Source: an uncultured Acidobacteriaceae bacterium
GTDB taxonomy: Bacteria; Acidobacteriota; Terriglobia; Terriglobales; Acidobacteriaceae
Direction: 5' to 3'
NCBI GenBank assembly: GCA_963783925.1
Contig: CAWAPM010000003.1
Location: 62,974 to 126,973, forward strand
DNA length: 64,000 bases
Shown here one piece after another: positions 1 to 11,136 of the stretch. How positions within the stretch are numbered: the first letter of the stretch is position 1; every line of letters starts with the position of its first letter. The position numbers were made by a program, and so were the translations under genes. A model generated the notes under the pieces. The model saw nothing but the letters and a program-made list of their open reading frames with translations. It searched no databases and had not been told where the DNA came from.

Positions 1-195
1 CCGCGAGCGCATCTTCGATCGCTACTATCGCTCCTCCAACTCCGCCAACCGCGCCGCCGGAACCGGCATCGGTCTCGCCGTCGCCAAGCGCGTCGCCGTC
101 ATTCACGGCGGCTACGTGTGGGTCACCAGCGACGAGCAGGAGGGCACAACCTTCTTCGCTGCCATTCCCGCGCCCGTTCAAAAAAGGAAAGCTCA

Positions 196-199
<4 letters not shown>
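1..199 (+). CDS. Sensor histidine kinase, C-terminal HATPase fragment (partial; KdpD-like context)
   Basis: Frame from nt 2 reads RERIFDRYYR...GTGIGLAVAKRVAVIHGGYVWV...GTTFFAAIP (F and G2 boxes). TGA at 197-199 overlaps the next ATG. Confidence 0.85.
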
Positions 200-960
<761 letters not shown>

Positions 961-1002
961 ACGTCAATATTCAGCAGAAGATCGAAACTGTCTTCACGCA
1001 AC

Positions 1003-1028
1003 AAAAACGCCCGCGCAAGCGGGCGTTT
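1003..1028. terminator. Probable intrinsic terminator between convergent genes
   Basis: AAACGCCCGC-GCAA-GCGGGCGTTT hairpin with A/T tails. Confidence 0.75.
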
Positions 1029-1052
1029 GAGTTTAAGGAGCAGCTTTTCGCA

Positions 1053-1122
1053 CAGCGTCAATCCGCAAGAAGATGGGTGCCCCATTCTTCGCGCAGCCTC
1101 ATCGCGCGAAGGGTGGGAAAGC
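1053..1122 (+). repeat. REP-like palindrome, GGGTGCCCCA family
   Basis: CAGCGTCAATccGCAAGAAGatGGGTGCCCCATTCTT...AAGGGTGGGAAA; related copies at 52614, 52825, 54653, 55281 and 55333. Confidence 0.75.
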
Positions 1123-1180
1123 GCAACCGCAACCCAGCCGCAGTAAGGCGCACGTAGTGCGCATCCGCTGCATGCAATGC

Positions 1181-1729
1181 CTATTCGTCGTAGTGCAGCA
1201 GGCTGAACACGTCGTACTCGGTGAACCGGTCGCGGCCCTTCAGAAAATCCAGCTCCACCGCAAAGCCCAGTCCGGCAATCTCGCCGCCCAGCTGCTTCAC
1301 CAGCTTCACGGTCGCTTCCATTGTGCCTCCGGTCGCCAGCAGATCATCCACCAGCACCACGCGCTGCCCCGGCTTGATCGCGTCCATGTGAATCTCCAGC
1401 GTGTCCGAACCATATTCAAGGTCGTAAGTCACGCGCGCCACCGGAGCGGGCAGCTTGCGCGGCTTCCGCACCGGCGCAAACCCCGCATTCAGCCGATACG
1501 CCAGCGCCGGCCCAAAGATGAACCCGCGCGCCTCAATGCCCAGCACCAGATCGATCCGCTCTTCAATGTAGTGCGCCGCCAGCGCATCAATCATCTGCGC
1601 AAACCCGGCCTTGTCCTTCAGCAGCGTCGTAATGTCGTAAAACAAAATCCCCGGCTTGGGAAAATCCGGCACCGTGCGCACCAGCGCCTTCAGGGCTTCC
1701 ACATTTATCGGCTTCGGTGTCTCGGGCAT
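1181..1729 (-). CDS. apt: Adenine phosphoribosyltransferase
   Basis: [24 protein letters not shown], and PRPP motif [13 protein letters not shown]. Confidence 0.97.
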   Translation of the reverse strand: MPETPKPINVEALKALVRTVPDFPKPGILFYDITTLLKDKAGFAQMIDALAAHYIEERIDLVLGIEARGFIFGPALAYRLNAGFAPVRKPRKLPAPVARVTYDLEYGSDTLEIHMDAIKPGQRVVLVDDLLATGGTMEATVKLVKQLGGEIAGLGFAVELDFLKGRDRFTEYDVFSLLHYDE

Positions 1730-1896
1730 GCGCGTGCTCTCTCCTGGGGAGTCTCAAACTCCAGCTTGATGGTGAATTGTGCGGGAAGGGAACAGGCAGA
1801 CAGCACGTCCGTCTTCCTCATCAATTATAGAAGGCGATGACCAGTTGCCAGCCGTCAGGACAGGGGGTAGTTGAAGCAGTTGTCCGGCCTCAGATT

Positions 1897-1941
1897 CTGA
1901 CCCCTGATCACTGACCCCTGACCACTGACCCCTGACCCCTG
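1897..1941 (+). repeat. Heptamer tandem repeat (CTGACCC/CTGATCA/CTGACCA) x6
   Basis: ctgaccc ctgatca ctgaccc ctgacca ctgaccc ctgaccc ctg, just downstream of the acyP stop. Confidence 0.85.
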
Positions 1942-1947
1942 TCTTTG

Positions 1948-2229
1948 CTACCACGCTCCTTCAATCCGGAACGCCTCCAGCCCCGCGCCCTCGCGCTCCT
2001 CCAGCACATGCTCAACCACGTGGTCCACGCGGCTGCCGCGCGGCCCCTTGCGCAGGCTTGCGCGCAGCTCGGCCAGGTCGTCCGGCTCGCCCGTCGCCAC
2101 CACTTCCACCGCGCCGTCCTCGGTGTTGCGCACCCACCCGCGCAGCTCCAGCTCGCTGGCCTCGCGGTGCACAAACCACCGGAACCCCACGCCCTGCACT
2201 CGTCCCTGCACCAGAAAATGGAGAACCAT
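1948..2229 (-). CDS. acyP: Acylphosphatase
   Basis: VQGRVQGVGFR and GWVRNTEDGAVEV motifs; start set at MVLHFLV. Confidence 0.93.
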   Translation of the reverse strand: MVLHFLVQGRVQGVGFRWFVHREASELELRGWVRNTEDGAVEVVATGEPDDLAELRASLRKGPRGSRVDHVVEHVLEEREGAGLEAFRIEGAW

Positions 2230-2363
2230 CGTCACGCGTCCCTCGCCAGTCTTGCAGACCCCCGCGCCCCCACGCAACCACGCGCCCCCACGCGCCCGCC
2301 GTCTCCGTATGTTCCAATCGTCGTAGGCCCCACCAGCACGCAGGAGAGAGCACAGCACCCGCC

Positions 2364-3107
2364 ATGACCGAGCTAAAGTCCAACACCGAATGGAAGCAGT
2401 GGGGCAACGACGATCCCCTCTGGGGCGTCGCCTCCTGGGCCGGCAAAGAGAAAGACAGCGCCTCGCCCTGGACCGAAGAAGAGTTCTACGCCCTCGGCGC
2501 ATCCGACTGGCGCGACTTCCAGCGCCACTGGCAGCACTACGGCCTCGTCCCCGCCAGTTGCCTCGAAATCGGCTGCGGCGCCGGCCGCATGACCCGCCAG
2601 CTCTCCGCCGCCTTCGCCCGAGTCCATGCCGTCGACGTCTCCGAAGGCATGATCGCCCGTGCCCGCCAGGCCGTCGGCCCCAACGTCCAGTTCGCCGTCA
2701 TCGACGGCCTCCATCTCCCCCTGCCCGACGACGCCGTCACCGCCATCTTCTCCACCCACGTCCTGCAGCATCTTGACAGCGTAGAAATCGGCTTCAGCTA
2801 CTTCCGCGAATTCCATCGCGTGCTCGCGCCCGGCGGCACCCTCATGGTCCACCTGCCGCTTTATCAGTTGCCCGCCGGCCCTGAGGCCCGCGTCATGCGC
2901 CTCGCCCACTCCCTCGCCCGCCGCTTCTCCAACGTGCGTGCAGACCTGCGCCGCCGCCGCGGCATCAAGACCATGCGCGGCACGCCCTATCCCATGGGCG
3001 CGCTCGCCGCATACCTCCGCAGCCTCGGCTTCCAGCGCGTCGAGTTCCGCGTCTTCCCCGTCACCAGCAACGGCGACCTCCACCCCTTCGTCTTTGCCAC
3101 CCGTTAA
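2364..3107 (+). CDS. Class I SAM-dependent methyltransferase
   Basis: CLEIGCGAGR motif I, AVDVSEGM, RVLAPGG; GGAGAG upstream of the ATG at 2364. Confidence 0.85.
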   Translation: MTELKSNTEWKQWGNDDPLWGVASWAGKEKDSASPWTEEEFYALGASDWRDFQRHWQHYGLVPASCLEIGCGAGRMTRQLSAAFARVHAVDVSEGMIARARQAVGPNVQFAVIDGLHLPLPDDAVTAIFSTHVLQHLDSVEIGFSYFREFHRVLAPGGTLMVHLPLYQLPAGPEARVMRLAHSLARRFSNVRADLRRRRGIKTMRGTPYPMGALAAYLRSLGFQRVEFRVFPVTSNGDLHPFVFATR

Positions 3108-3172
3108 CGCCGCATCGCGCAGAAACAGCCGCCGGCCAGGCCATTAAGGAACCCGCGCAGAAGTCGATGTTT

Positions 3173-3287
3173 TAAAAGTGCACGGCTTCAGCGTGAAATG
3201 AATCTGAATCAGCCGGTCTTGTAAAAGGGCACGGCTTCAGCCGTGCCGCAAAGCCGCAATATCAACGGGGCTTTAGCCCCTGAGGGA
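3173..3287 (+). repeat. REP-like palindrome cluster (GGCACGGCTTCAGCCGTGCC and GGGGCTTTAGCCCC)
   Basis: Full hairpin at 3224-3248, partial copy at 3175-3195, second hairpin at 3267-3283 that resembles those at 54776 and 55444. Confidence 0.7.
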
Positions 3288-3346
3288 GCGTCGTCTTAGC
3301 CACGCGCTAGCTCCGCGGCAATACATTGACGAGGTATTGACACCCT

Positions 3347-4300
3347 TCAATAGAGCCTGTAGCTCGGAGAATCCCAATATGCACTCTGAAAGACGCGATC
3401 TCGATAAGCGGGTTCCCACTTCGTCGTGTGTGCCTCAAGAACGCACAATTGAGCGGCGTGAAGTTCTCGCTCCATATCGCTGTTTCCGCAATTTAGTTCG
3501 GCCCTGCGCAGCTTCCCGAGCGCTTCAGGAGACCGAACCCATTCCTGCAACTGCAAGTATTGTGTGCCGCAGCGATTCCAAAATGCTCCGCGATGAGGGA
3601 GCCGGTACCATTGCTCTATCCTCGCGCGCCATTCAGGAGTGTCTTCCAATGTAGGAGGATCGGGATCAGTGTCTGCGTAGGCAATTGTGCTGCCCAGAAT
3701 CAAGGACGACAGAGCCCAGCTTGCTGAAAGCCTATCGTCGGACTCCCACTGATTCAGATACGGTTTAAGGTCGTTCTCGCATTGACTAATACAACACAAC
3801 CACTGGTCGACGTCGATATAGCCACTTTCGATGGGCGGATTACTGCGAACGGTCTCCCAAATAGCTTGCAGCAATCGCTCAATTGCCGTTTGCTCTTCTT
3901 GGGGCCAGGTACGCCATTCACCATAACGCAGCACACCGAAAATCACTTCAGGAGTGGGAGTCTTTTTCTTCCAATCGGAATCGTTCACCAACAGGTCAAA
4001 AATCCGCGGTAGAAAGTGCTTGTAGCAATTCAGGTCACCCCAAACCATGACCGCGCACGCGGAATAGCTCGCAAGGTGCTTCCATCCAAGTTCGCGGAGT
4101 GGCTTGGCATGAAGCAACGCATCAGCATTCGGCGACTGACAACAATCACATGGCATCGTGTCTTCAGGAAGCGAATACTTCGAGAAGACCTCATAGAGGC
4201 CTTGGATTGAAACTTCAAGTACCCTTGGGTAGCTCATACGTACTGGATTATCCCGCAACCCCCGCAACGTCGCACAGTCGACAAGTACCCAACCACTCAT
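3347..4300 (-). CDS. Hypothetical protein with lower GC than its flanks (start may be at MSYPRVL)
   Basis: 317-aa uninterrupted ORF with atypical codon usage, CDCC motif, [12 protein letters not shown]. Confidence 0.65.
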   Translation of the reverse strand: MSGWVLVDCATLRGLRDNPVRMSYPRVLEVSIQGLYEVFSKYSLPEDTMPCDCCQSPNADALLHAKPLRELGWKHLASYSACAVMVWGDLNCYKHFLPRIFDLLVNDSDWKKKTPTPEVIFGVLRYGEWRTWPQEEQTAIERLLQAIWETVRSNPPIESGYIDVDQWLCCISQCENDLKPYLNQWESDDRLSASWALSSLILGSTIAYADTDPDPPTLEDTPEWRARIEQWYRLPHRGAFWNRCGTQYLQLQEWVRSPEALGKLRRAELNCGNSDMERELHAAQLCVLEAHTTKWEPAYRDRVFQSAYWDSPSYRLY

Positions 4301-4381
4301 TCTCTCGGCCTCTCCAGCTCCAAAAACAAAAGTGGAGCTCCGGCGTCACCCCCAACACACGCGCGATACACTAAACCCCAC

Positions 4382-4968
4382 ATGGTTTTCGTCCTCGACA
4401 ACTACGATTCCTTCACCTACAACCTCGTCCAATACCTCGGCGAGCTGGGTGCCGACGTGGTCGTCCGCCGCAACGACGAAGTCACCGTCGAAGAGGTCGA
4501 AGCCCTCCATCCCGACCGCATTTTGCTCTCGCCCGGCCCCTGCACCCCCCACGAAGCCGGCATTCTCGTCCCCCTCATCCGCCACATGGCCGGTTCGCCG
4601 CGGCGAACCCCCATCCTCGGCGTCTGCCTCGGCCATCAGGCCATCGGCGAGGCCTTCGGCGGAGAAGTCGTGCGCGCCCAGCATCTGATGCACGGCAAAA
4701 CCAGCCCCATCGCCCACGACGGCAAGGGCGTCTTCAGCGGCCTGCCCACCCCCCTCACCTGCACCCGCTACCACTCGCTCATCGTCGCGGAAGACTCTCT
4801 GCCCAAAGCGCTTACCGTCACCGCCCGCACCCCGGAAAGGGCGGCAGCGGCTCCGTCATCATGGGCCTGCGCCACCGCACCCTCCCCGTCGAGGGCGTCC
4901 AGTTCCACCCCGAGAGCGTGCTCACCGAGGGCGGCCACCAGATGATCCGCAACTTCCTGGAAATGTAG
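4382..4968 (+). CDS. trpG: Anthranilate/aminodeoxychorismate synthase component II (frameshift near 4840)
   Basis: [28 protein letters not shown]; IMGLRH...[11 protein letters not shown] continues in another frame to TAG at 4968. Confidence 0.9.
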
Positions 4969-4971
4969 AAG

Positions 4972-5961
4972 ATGCAAACCCAGCGCCGCGCCGCCCGCAG
5001 CCTCTTGCGCCTCAGTGCCGCCGCGCCGCTCGCGTTAGCCTGCATCCTCGCCGCGCAAGTCGCTCCAGTATCGCCCGCGCCCCCGACGCCAGCGCCCATC
5101 GCCACTTCCAGTCCGATCGCAATTGTCCCGCTGTCGCCCACCACCACCGTCACCGGCGGTCTGCAAGTCACGGAAAACAAAGCGATCATCGGCTTCAGCG
5201 GCTCGGTGATCTCCGGCACGGCGCCCACCGAAGTCAACCTGCCCCAGCGCGGCAGCCTGCGCGTCTGCGCCTCCACCACCGTCAAACTCGCCGCCGACGC
5301 CAGCGTTCCCACCGGCGAGGTCCCCGGCCTCATGCTCGCCTTCGACCACGGCGCCATCGAGACCAGCTTCTCCACCGGCCACAACGCGGACACCGTCCTC
5401 ACCCCCGACTTCCGCATCCTCATCGGCGGTCCCGGCGCGTCCCACGTCAAAATCCGCCTCGGCGACCACGGCGATACCTGCGTCGACAACCCCGGGGTCC
5501 CCAGCGACGGGTCCATGTCGCTGGGGTGGAAGCCCGGCCCCGACGCCCCCTACGTCCTCGTCACCAGCGTCTTCGACGGCAGCCTCTACCGTGTACAGTC
5601 CGGTCAACGCGTCATGTTCCAGCACGGCAGCACAACCGAGGTCGTCGATCAGGAAAAGGAACCCTGCGGCTGCCCGCCGGCGCAGCCCGAGGGCAATGAA
5701 TTTCCACTGGCCCAAAGCGCCGGCCTCGCCCCGCTTGCTCCGCCCAAGCCCGCGTCCGAGTTGCCGCAGGGCAAGCCGGCCGTAGCAGCTCCTCCGCTCG
5801 TCCACAACACCAGTGAACCCACCGCCGCGCCCGCGCAGGCCTCATCCACACCGGCAGTTGCGACTCCCGCGCCTGCCACACCCGCGCAGCCGGCGCCCAA
5901 GAAGCCCGGCTTCTTCGGCCGCATCGGCCACTTCTTCAAGCGCATCTTCGGCGGCGAATAA
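4972..5961 (+). CDS. Exported hypothetical protein with Pro/Ala-rich tail
   Basis: Signal peptide, EPCGCPP motif, C-terminal GFFGRIGHFFKRIFG; host-like codon bias. Confidence 0.75.
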   Translation: MQTQRRAARSLLRLSAAAPLALACILAAQVAPVSPAPPTPAPIATSSPIAIVPLSPTTTVTGGLQVTENKAIIGFSGSVISGTAPTEVNLPQRGSLRVCASTTVKLAADASVPTGEVPGLMLAFDHGAIETSFSTGHNADTVLTPDFRILIGGPGASHVKIRLGDHGDTCVDNPGVPSDGSMSLGWKPGPDAPYVLVTSVFDGSLYRVQSGQRVMFQHGSTTEVVDQEKEPCGCPPAQPEGNEFPLAQSAGLAPLAPPKPASELPQGKPAVAAPPLVHNTSEPTAAPAQASSTPAVATPAPATPAQPAPKKPGFFGRIGHFFKRIFGGE

Positions 5962-6052
5962 GCGATCTTCGCCGATTGCCGGGAACTTGCCTCGCCTCCA
6001 GCCCGTACCGCCTCCATCGGCGCATCCGCGCTTGAGAAAGAGAAGGGCTCCG

Positions 6053-6472
6053 ATGCAGACGACGATGCAGTCCGCACAAACTGGGCGCGCCCGCTGGGTT
6101 TCCGTCGTGGTTGTTCTCGGCGCAGCACTCATGCTCATGGGCGCGGTCATTGCGCTGGCCCGGCCCGCCATGCTGGTCTCGCCCTACGACGCCATCACGC
6201 CCGCCGTCCGTACATTTGCCGACTACTTCGCCGTGCGCAACCTCGCGATGGCTCTCGTGCTCGTGGTCTTACTCGCGATGCGCGCAGAGCGCGCGCTGGG
6301 CAACGTGCTCGTTCTTGTCGGCTTGGTTCAACTGCTCGATGCGTTGATGGATTGCATCGAAGGCCGATGGATGCTCGTCCCTGGCGTCACGCTGCTGGGC
6401 GTGGTTTTTCTGCTCGCGGCGGCCCGGCTGTGCGGCGCACCCTTCTGGCGTCGCCACGCATGGATTCCCTAG
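6053..6472 (+). CDS. Small membrane protein with about 4 TM segments (DUF4267-like)
   Basis: Hydrophobic helices, YFAVRNLAMA; AGAAGGG before the ATG at 6053. Confidence 0.65.
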   Translation: MQTTMQSAQTGRARWVSVVVVLGAALMLMGAVIALARPAMLVSPYDAITPAVRTFADYFAVRNLAMALVLVVLLAMRAERALGNVLVLVGLVQLLDALMDCIEGRWMLVPGVTLLGVVFLLAAARLCGAPFWRRHAWIP

Positions 6473-6475
6473 AAG

Positions 6476-8026
6476 CTACAGCTCCCGCGCCCACTCAATC
6501 GCCCGAATCACCGCAGACGCCTTGTTGATCGCTTCCTGATACTCCATCTCCGGCACCGAATCGGCCACGATTCCCGCGCCCGACTGCACATAGCCCTTGC
6601 CGTCCTTCGCCAGCAGAGAGCGGATGGCAATGCACGAGTCGAGATTGCCGGAGAAGTCCGCATACAGCACCGCCCCGCCGTAGGTGCCACGCCGCGCCGG
6701 CTCCATCTCTTCGATAATCTCCATCGCGCGCACTTTTGGCGCACCGCTCAGCGTGCCGGCAGGGAAGCACGCGCGCAGCGCGTCCACAGCCGTCAGGTCG
6801 CCGCGCAGCTTCCCCTCGATCGAACTTACGATGTGCATCACGTGGCTGTACCGTTCCACAAACATCAGCCGGTCCACCTTCACGCTGCCAAACTCGCTCA
6901 CGCGTCCCACGTCGTTGCGGCCCAGGTCGACCAGCATCACGTGCTCGGCGCGTTCCTTCTCGTCGTGCATCATCTCGTCTTCAAAGGCGAGGTCTTCCTT
7001 CTCATTTGCCCCGCGCGGCCGCGTGCCTGCGATGGGCCGATACTCCACCTTGCCCTGATGCACCCGCACCAGCAGCTCCGGCGAGGATCCAGCGAGCTCA
7101 ATGGCTGCAGCCGCACGCTGCTTCTTCTTTGCCGTCGATTTGTTTGCCGCACCGCCCAGCTCCCCCTCAGGCGTGAACCGCAGGAAGTACATATACGGGC
7201 TCGGGTTCACCGTACGCAGCGCGCGATACACCTGAAAGCTGTCCGTTCCCGGTTCCATGTCGAAGCGCTGCGACAGCACCGTCTGGAATACATCGCCCGC
7301 GGCAATGTACTCTTTCGTCTTTGCAACTGCTCTGAGATAGTCGCTCTTGCGCGTGCGATGCTTCACCTTCAGCTTGGCCGGGCCCTTCACCGCGGGCAGC
7401 CTGGGCAGCGGCTGCGCCAGCCGCTTTTCCAGCCGCGCCAGCCGCTTCACGGCATCGTCGTACGCGGCATCCGGCTTCGCCAGCGTTACGTCCGCCGTCA
7501 CCACCATCCATATCTGCTTGCGCACATGGTCAAAGGCCAGCACCTCATCGAAGAACAACAGGCAGGCATCGGGAATGCCCAGTTCATCCTTCGCCTTGCT
7601 CGGCAGCCGCTCAATCTGCCGCACCGCATCGTAGGCAAAAAAGCCCACCGCGCCCGCGGTAAACGGCGGCAGCCCCGGTATCCGCGCGGGTTTGTGCCCG
7701 CTCAGCGCCTCGCGCAGCACCTCGAAGACATCGCCCTCAATCTCGACCCTGCGCTTGCCTTCCGAAATCGTAATCTGCCGCCCACGCGCCACCACACGCT
7801 TATAAGGATTGATGCCGATGAAGGTGTAGCGGCCCACCTGCTCGCCGTTCTCCACCGACTCCAGCAGAAAGCACTCGCGCTCCTGCCAGGCCGCGCGCAG
7901 AAATGCCGAAACCGGCGTTTCCAGGTCAGCCGTCAGGGTGCGATAGACGGGCACGAGCGTGTGCTCTTTGGCGAGCGCGAAAAACTCTTTGCGTGTGGGA
8001 TGAATCTGCTGCAACCGGGCGTTCAC
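6476..8026 (-). CDS. trpE: Anthranilate synthase component I (start approximate)
   Basis: FLLESVE, NPSPYMYF, GSSPELL, PIAGTRPRG, AEHVMLVDLGRND, FPAGTLSGAPK. Confidence 0.95.
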   Translation of the reverse strand: MNARLQQIHPTRKEFFALAKEHTLVPVYRTLTADLETPVSAFLRAAWQERECFLLESVENGEQVGRYTFIGINPYKRVVARGRQITISEGKRRVEIEGDVFEVLREALSGHKPARIPGLPPFTAGAVGFFAYDAVRQIERLPSKAKDELGIPDACLLFFDEVLAFDHVRKQIWMVVTADVTLAKPDAAYDDAVKRLARLEKRLAQPLPRLPAVKGPAKLKVKHRTRKSDYLRAVAKTKEYIAAGDVFQTVLSQRFDMEPGTDSFQVYRALRTVNPSPYMYFLRFTPEGELGGAANKSTAKKKQRAAAAIELAGSSPELLVRVHQGKVEYRPIAGTRPRGANEKEDLAFEDEMMHDEKERAEHVMLVDLGRNDVGRVSEFGSVKVDRLMFVERYSHVMHIVSSIEGKLRGDLTAVDALRACFPAGTLSGAPKVRAMEIIEEMEPARRGTYGGAVLYADFSGNLDSCIAIRSLLAKDGKGYVQSGAGIVADSVPEMEYQEAINKASAVIRAIEWAREL

Positions 8027-8076
8027 AAGCTCAGTGTATTTGACCGGGGACCGCTCCTGCACCTCAGACCGGGAAG

Positions 8077-9276
8077 TCAGAGCGCCTGCGCGTGCGGAGC
8101 ATGAAACCCCGCCACCCACGCGGGAAGGTCTTCGCCGGGCAGCGGGCGGCTGATCAGGAAGCCCTGTGCGCCGTCGCACCCCTTCTGCCGCAGCACGTCG
8201 AACTGTTCCTGCGTGGCCACGCCCTCGGCCATCACTTCCATCTTCAGCTCGTGGCCCAGCTCAATCACTTTCTCCACCATCACGCGCTCACTGTCGTTGC
8301 CGTGCATGCGCTCCACCAGGCTCTTGTCGATCTTGATCTCTGTGGCGGGCACATTCTGAATCTGCCGCATCATGGCGTAGCCGGTGCCAAAGTCATCGAT
8401 CGACAGCTTGAAGCCCTTCATGCGCAGCCGCGTCAATACGTCCAGGGTGCGCGAGAGCTGCCGCGCCAGTCCCGACTCAGTGACCTCGATCGCAATGCGC
8501 TCGGTCGGGAACCCGTATCGCGCGGCCATCTTCACGAACGAGTCGGGAAACGAGAGGTCGTGGAGCGAGTGCATCGATGCGTTGACTGAGAGCCGTGGCA
8601 GTTCGCTTTCCAGCAGCCCGAAGTCGCGCATATCTTTGAGTGCCAGCTCAGCCGTCGACCAGCAAAGCCTGTCGATCAACCCCAGCGATTCAATGCGCGC
8701 GATAAAGCTTTCCGGCGGAATCAGCCCGAACTGCGGGTGACGCCAGCGCGCCAGGGCCTCAAAGCCGGTCACCTGGCCGGTGGCCAGGTTGATCTGCGGC
8801 TGATAGAAGTTCACAAATTCCTCGCGCTCGATCGCTTGCCGAAGCTCCACATCCGGCAATGCCAGCGGCACGGGCTCAACCAGTGCTTCCGGCTCGCCCA
8901 TGGTGGCCAGCGCCTCCAGCATGTCGCGCAGTTCTTCAAGCGGCACCGGCTTTTGCAGGTGGCCAATCACCGGCAGCCCCAGGCTGTGGGCCAGCTTTTC
9001 GGCCGTTTCGAGCACCCGCTTGTCCATCCCGCTCATCAGCAGAATGCGGGCCGTGGTGCGCAGTTGGCCCAGCAGCCGCAGCACCTCGATGCCATCCATT
9101 CCAGGCATCATTAAGTCGAGCAAAATGAAAGATGTATCGGGGGTAATCAGGTCCACGAATCGGGCGGGGTCGCGGGTCGTCGCGCACTCGAATCCCATCG
9201 TCCGGGCCAGCGCGGCCACAATGCCGCACACGACATCGTCGTCGTCGATGACCAGGATTCGATTCGCGTTTGCCAT
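8077..9276 (-). CDS. Receiver + EAL c-di-GMP phosphodiesterase
   Basis: ILVIDDD/LDLMMP receiver; YQPQ, EALARW, IEVTES, SIDDFGTGY, KIDKS, AEGV. Confidence 0.92.
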   Translation of the reverse strand: MANANRILVIDDDDVVCGIVAALARTMGFECATTRDPARFVDLITPDTSFILLDLMMPGMDGIEVLRLLGQLRTTARILLMSGMDKRVLETAEKLAHSLGLPVIGHLQKPVPLEELRDMLEALATMGEPEALVEPVPLALPDVELRQAIEREEFVNFYQPQINLATGQVTGFEALARWRHPQFGLIPPESFIARIESLGLIDRLCWSTAELALKDMRDFGLLESELPRLSVNASMHSLHDLSFPDSFVKMAARYGFPTERIAIEVTESGLARQLSRTLDVLTRLRMKGFKLSIDDFGTGYAMMRQIQNVPATEIKIDKSLVERMHGNDSERVMVEKVIELGHELKMEVMAEGVATQEQFDVLRQKGCDGAQGFLISRPLPGEDLPAWVAGFHAPHAQAL

Positions 9277-9480
9277 TGCCTCTCCGGCTCTTTCGGCAAA
9301 TCTTGAGGAAAGCTTTCAGGCCCAGTGGGCTAAAGGGGTGCCAAGCAACAGGCTGTACCGAGTCTAACTTAGCTCGAATGTTTGTCCCCCATGCTTTTGT
9401 CGCCTTGAACCCCGCCCCGGTAACTTACGAGGTGCAACAAATGGGTTAGTTACCACTTCGTTATCCCCTGGCAACCCCCG

Positions 9481-9621
9481 GGAACTTTACTCGAAACTGC
9501 CCGTCTAACGGTGGGGTCCGGAGCTATCCCGAAACAGGTCACAGGGGTATGTTTGCAGGTTCCAAAGGGCACCGGCAGGGGCCCGGCGAGGCTTGACGGG
9601 GCTCAACCCGCGGCCTAGACT
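9481..9621 (+). promoter_or_regulatory. Putative tandem promoters of gdhA: ECF/RpoE-type and sigma70-type
   Basis: GAACTT-N16-TCTAA at 9482-9508 and TTGACG-N17-TAGACT at 9593-9621. Confidence 0.55.
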
Positions 9622-9718
9622 CACATGGGTTTGGGCGCAGGCCTGTTTTTCCCTGCGCCGAACGCCGCGCGGACCGTGCTAGACCGCTCGCGGCACGGAA
9701 TAGAACTGGAGATTTGCT

Positions 9719-10993
9719 ATGCCTACCGCACAGACCGTGACGCTCGACCAGGAGATCAATCCCTGGGACGCGCAGAGCGCACGGTTCGACTTTGCAGCCC
9801 GCAAACTCAACCTCGATGAGGGAGTTTGGAAGATGCTGCGCACCCCCGCACGCGAAATCATCGTGCACTTCCCCGTAATGATGGATGACGGCCGCATTGA
9901 AATGTTCACTGGCTTCCGCGTGCAGCACAACATCGCGCGCGGTCCCGCCAAGGGCGGCATCCGCTACTCCCCTGACGTTACCCTCGACGAAGTCCGCGCC
10001 CTGGCCAGCTGGATGACCTGGAAATGCGCCGTCGTCAACATCCCCTTCGGCGGCGCCAAAGGCGGCGTCATCTGCGATCCCAAGAAGATGAGCCACGGCG
10101 AGCTCGAGCGCATGACCCGCCGCTACACCTCGGAGATCATCGATTTCATCGGGCCGGAAAAAGACGTACCCGCGCCCGACATGAACACCAACGAGCAGAC
10201 CATGGCATGGATCATGGACACCTACTCCATGCACATGGGCCGCACCGTCACCAGCGTGGTCACCGGCAAGCCCCTCAACATCGGCGGTTCCCGCGGCCGC
10301 GTGGAAGCCACCGGCCGCGGCATCATGGTCATCTGCGGCGAAAGCCTGCGCTACCTCAACCTTCCCATCGAAGGCTGCCGCGTCGTGATTCAGGGCTTCG
10401 GCAACGTCGGCTCCAACGCCGCCCGCCTGATGATGGATCGCGGTTACAAGATCGTCGGCATCGCGGAAAAAGACGGCGGCCTCTTCAATCCCAACGGCAT
10501 CGACATCTGCGCGCTCAACGAGTACAAGTACCGCAACGAAACGATCCTCGGCTTCAACGGCGCAGAGGCCATGCCCAGCGAAGAGCTGATCGTCTCCGAC
10601 TGCGACCTGCTCATTCCCGCCGCCACAGAGAACGTCATCACCAGCCGCAACGCCGATAGGATCAAGGCGCGCGTCATCGTGGAGGGAGCCAACGGCCCCA
10701 CGACTGCCGTCGCCGACGAGATTCTCGCCGAGAAGCGCATCTTCATCGTGCCAGACATCCTTGCCAACTCCGGCGGCGTCACCGCCAGCTACTTCGAGTG
10801 GGTGCAGGATCGCCAGGGCTACTTCTGGAAGGAAGCGGTCATCAACGAGCAGCTTGAAACCATCCTGCGCGACAGCTTTGAGGATGTGGTGCGCTATGCC
10901 GAGGCCCACAACGTCAACAACCGCATCGCGGCCTACATGCTGGCCATCGATCGCGTCGCCTTCACCATTAAGCAGCGCGGCATCTACGCCTGA
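9719..10993 (+). CDS. gdhA: Glu/Leu/Phe/Val dehydrogenase (glutamate dehydrogenase)
   Basis: [37 protein letters not shown]. Confidence 0.95.
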   Translation: MPTAQTVTLDQEINPWDAQSARFDFAARKLNLDEGVWKMLRTPAREIIVHFPVMMDDGRIEMFTGFRVQHNIARGPAKGGIRYSPDVTLDEVRALASWMTWKCAVVNIPFGGAKGGVICDPKKMSHGELERMTRRYTSEIIDFIGPEKDVPAPDMNTNEQTMAWIMDTYSMHMGRTVTSVVTGKPLNIGGSRGRVEATGRGIMVICGESLRYLNLPIEGCRVVIQGFGNVGSNAARLMMDRGYKIVGIAEKDGGLFNPNGIDICALNEYKYRNETILGFNGAEAMPSEELIVSDCDLLIPAATENVITSRNADRIKARVIVEGANGPTTAVADEILAEKRIFIVPDILANSGGVTASYFEWVQDRQGYFWKEAVINEQLETILRDSFEDVVRYAEAHNVNNRIAAYMLAIDRVAFTIKQRGIYA

Positions 10994-11014
10994 TCCGCAG
11001 TGTAGCCACTCAAG

Positions 11015-11048
11015 AGGCGGGATGGGCTGATGCCTATCCCGCCTTTTG
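11015..11048 (+). terminator. Intrinsic terminator after gdhA
   Basis: AGGCGGGATGGGC-TGAT-GCCTATCCCGCCT-TTTG. Confidence 0.7.
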
Positions 11049-11136
11049 CTTTGTGCACGGGCCCGGTCTGCTACAAAGATGGGTGACTGCTTTCGTTGCG
11101 GTTCCGGTCTCCAATCATTGCCGTGGGGTTCAATCC

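Noticed and set aside
1750-1895. Lower-GC spacer between apt and acyP as a gene remnant
   Set aside because: No recognisable protein motif or convincing ORF.
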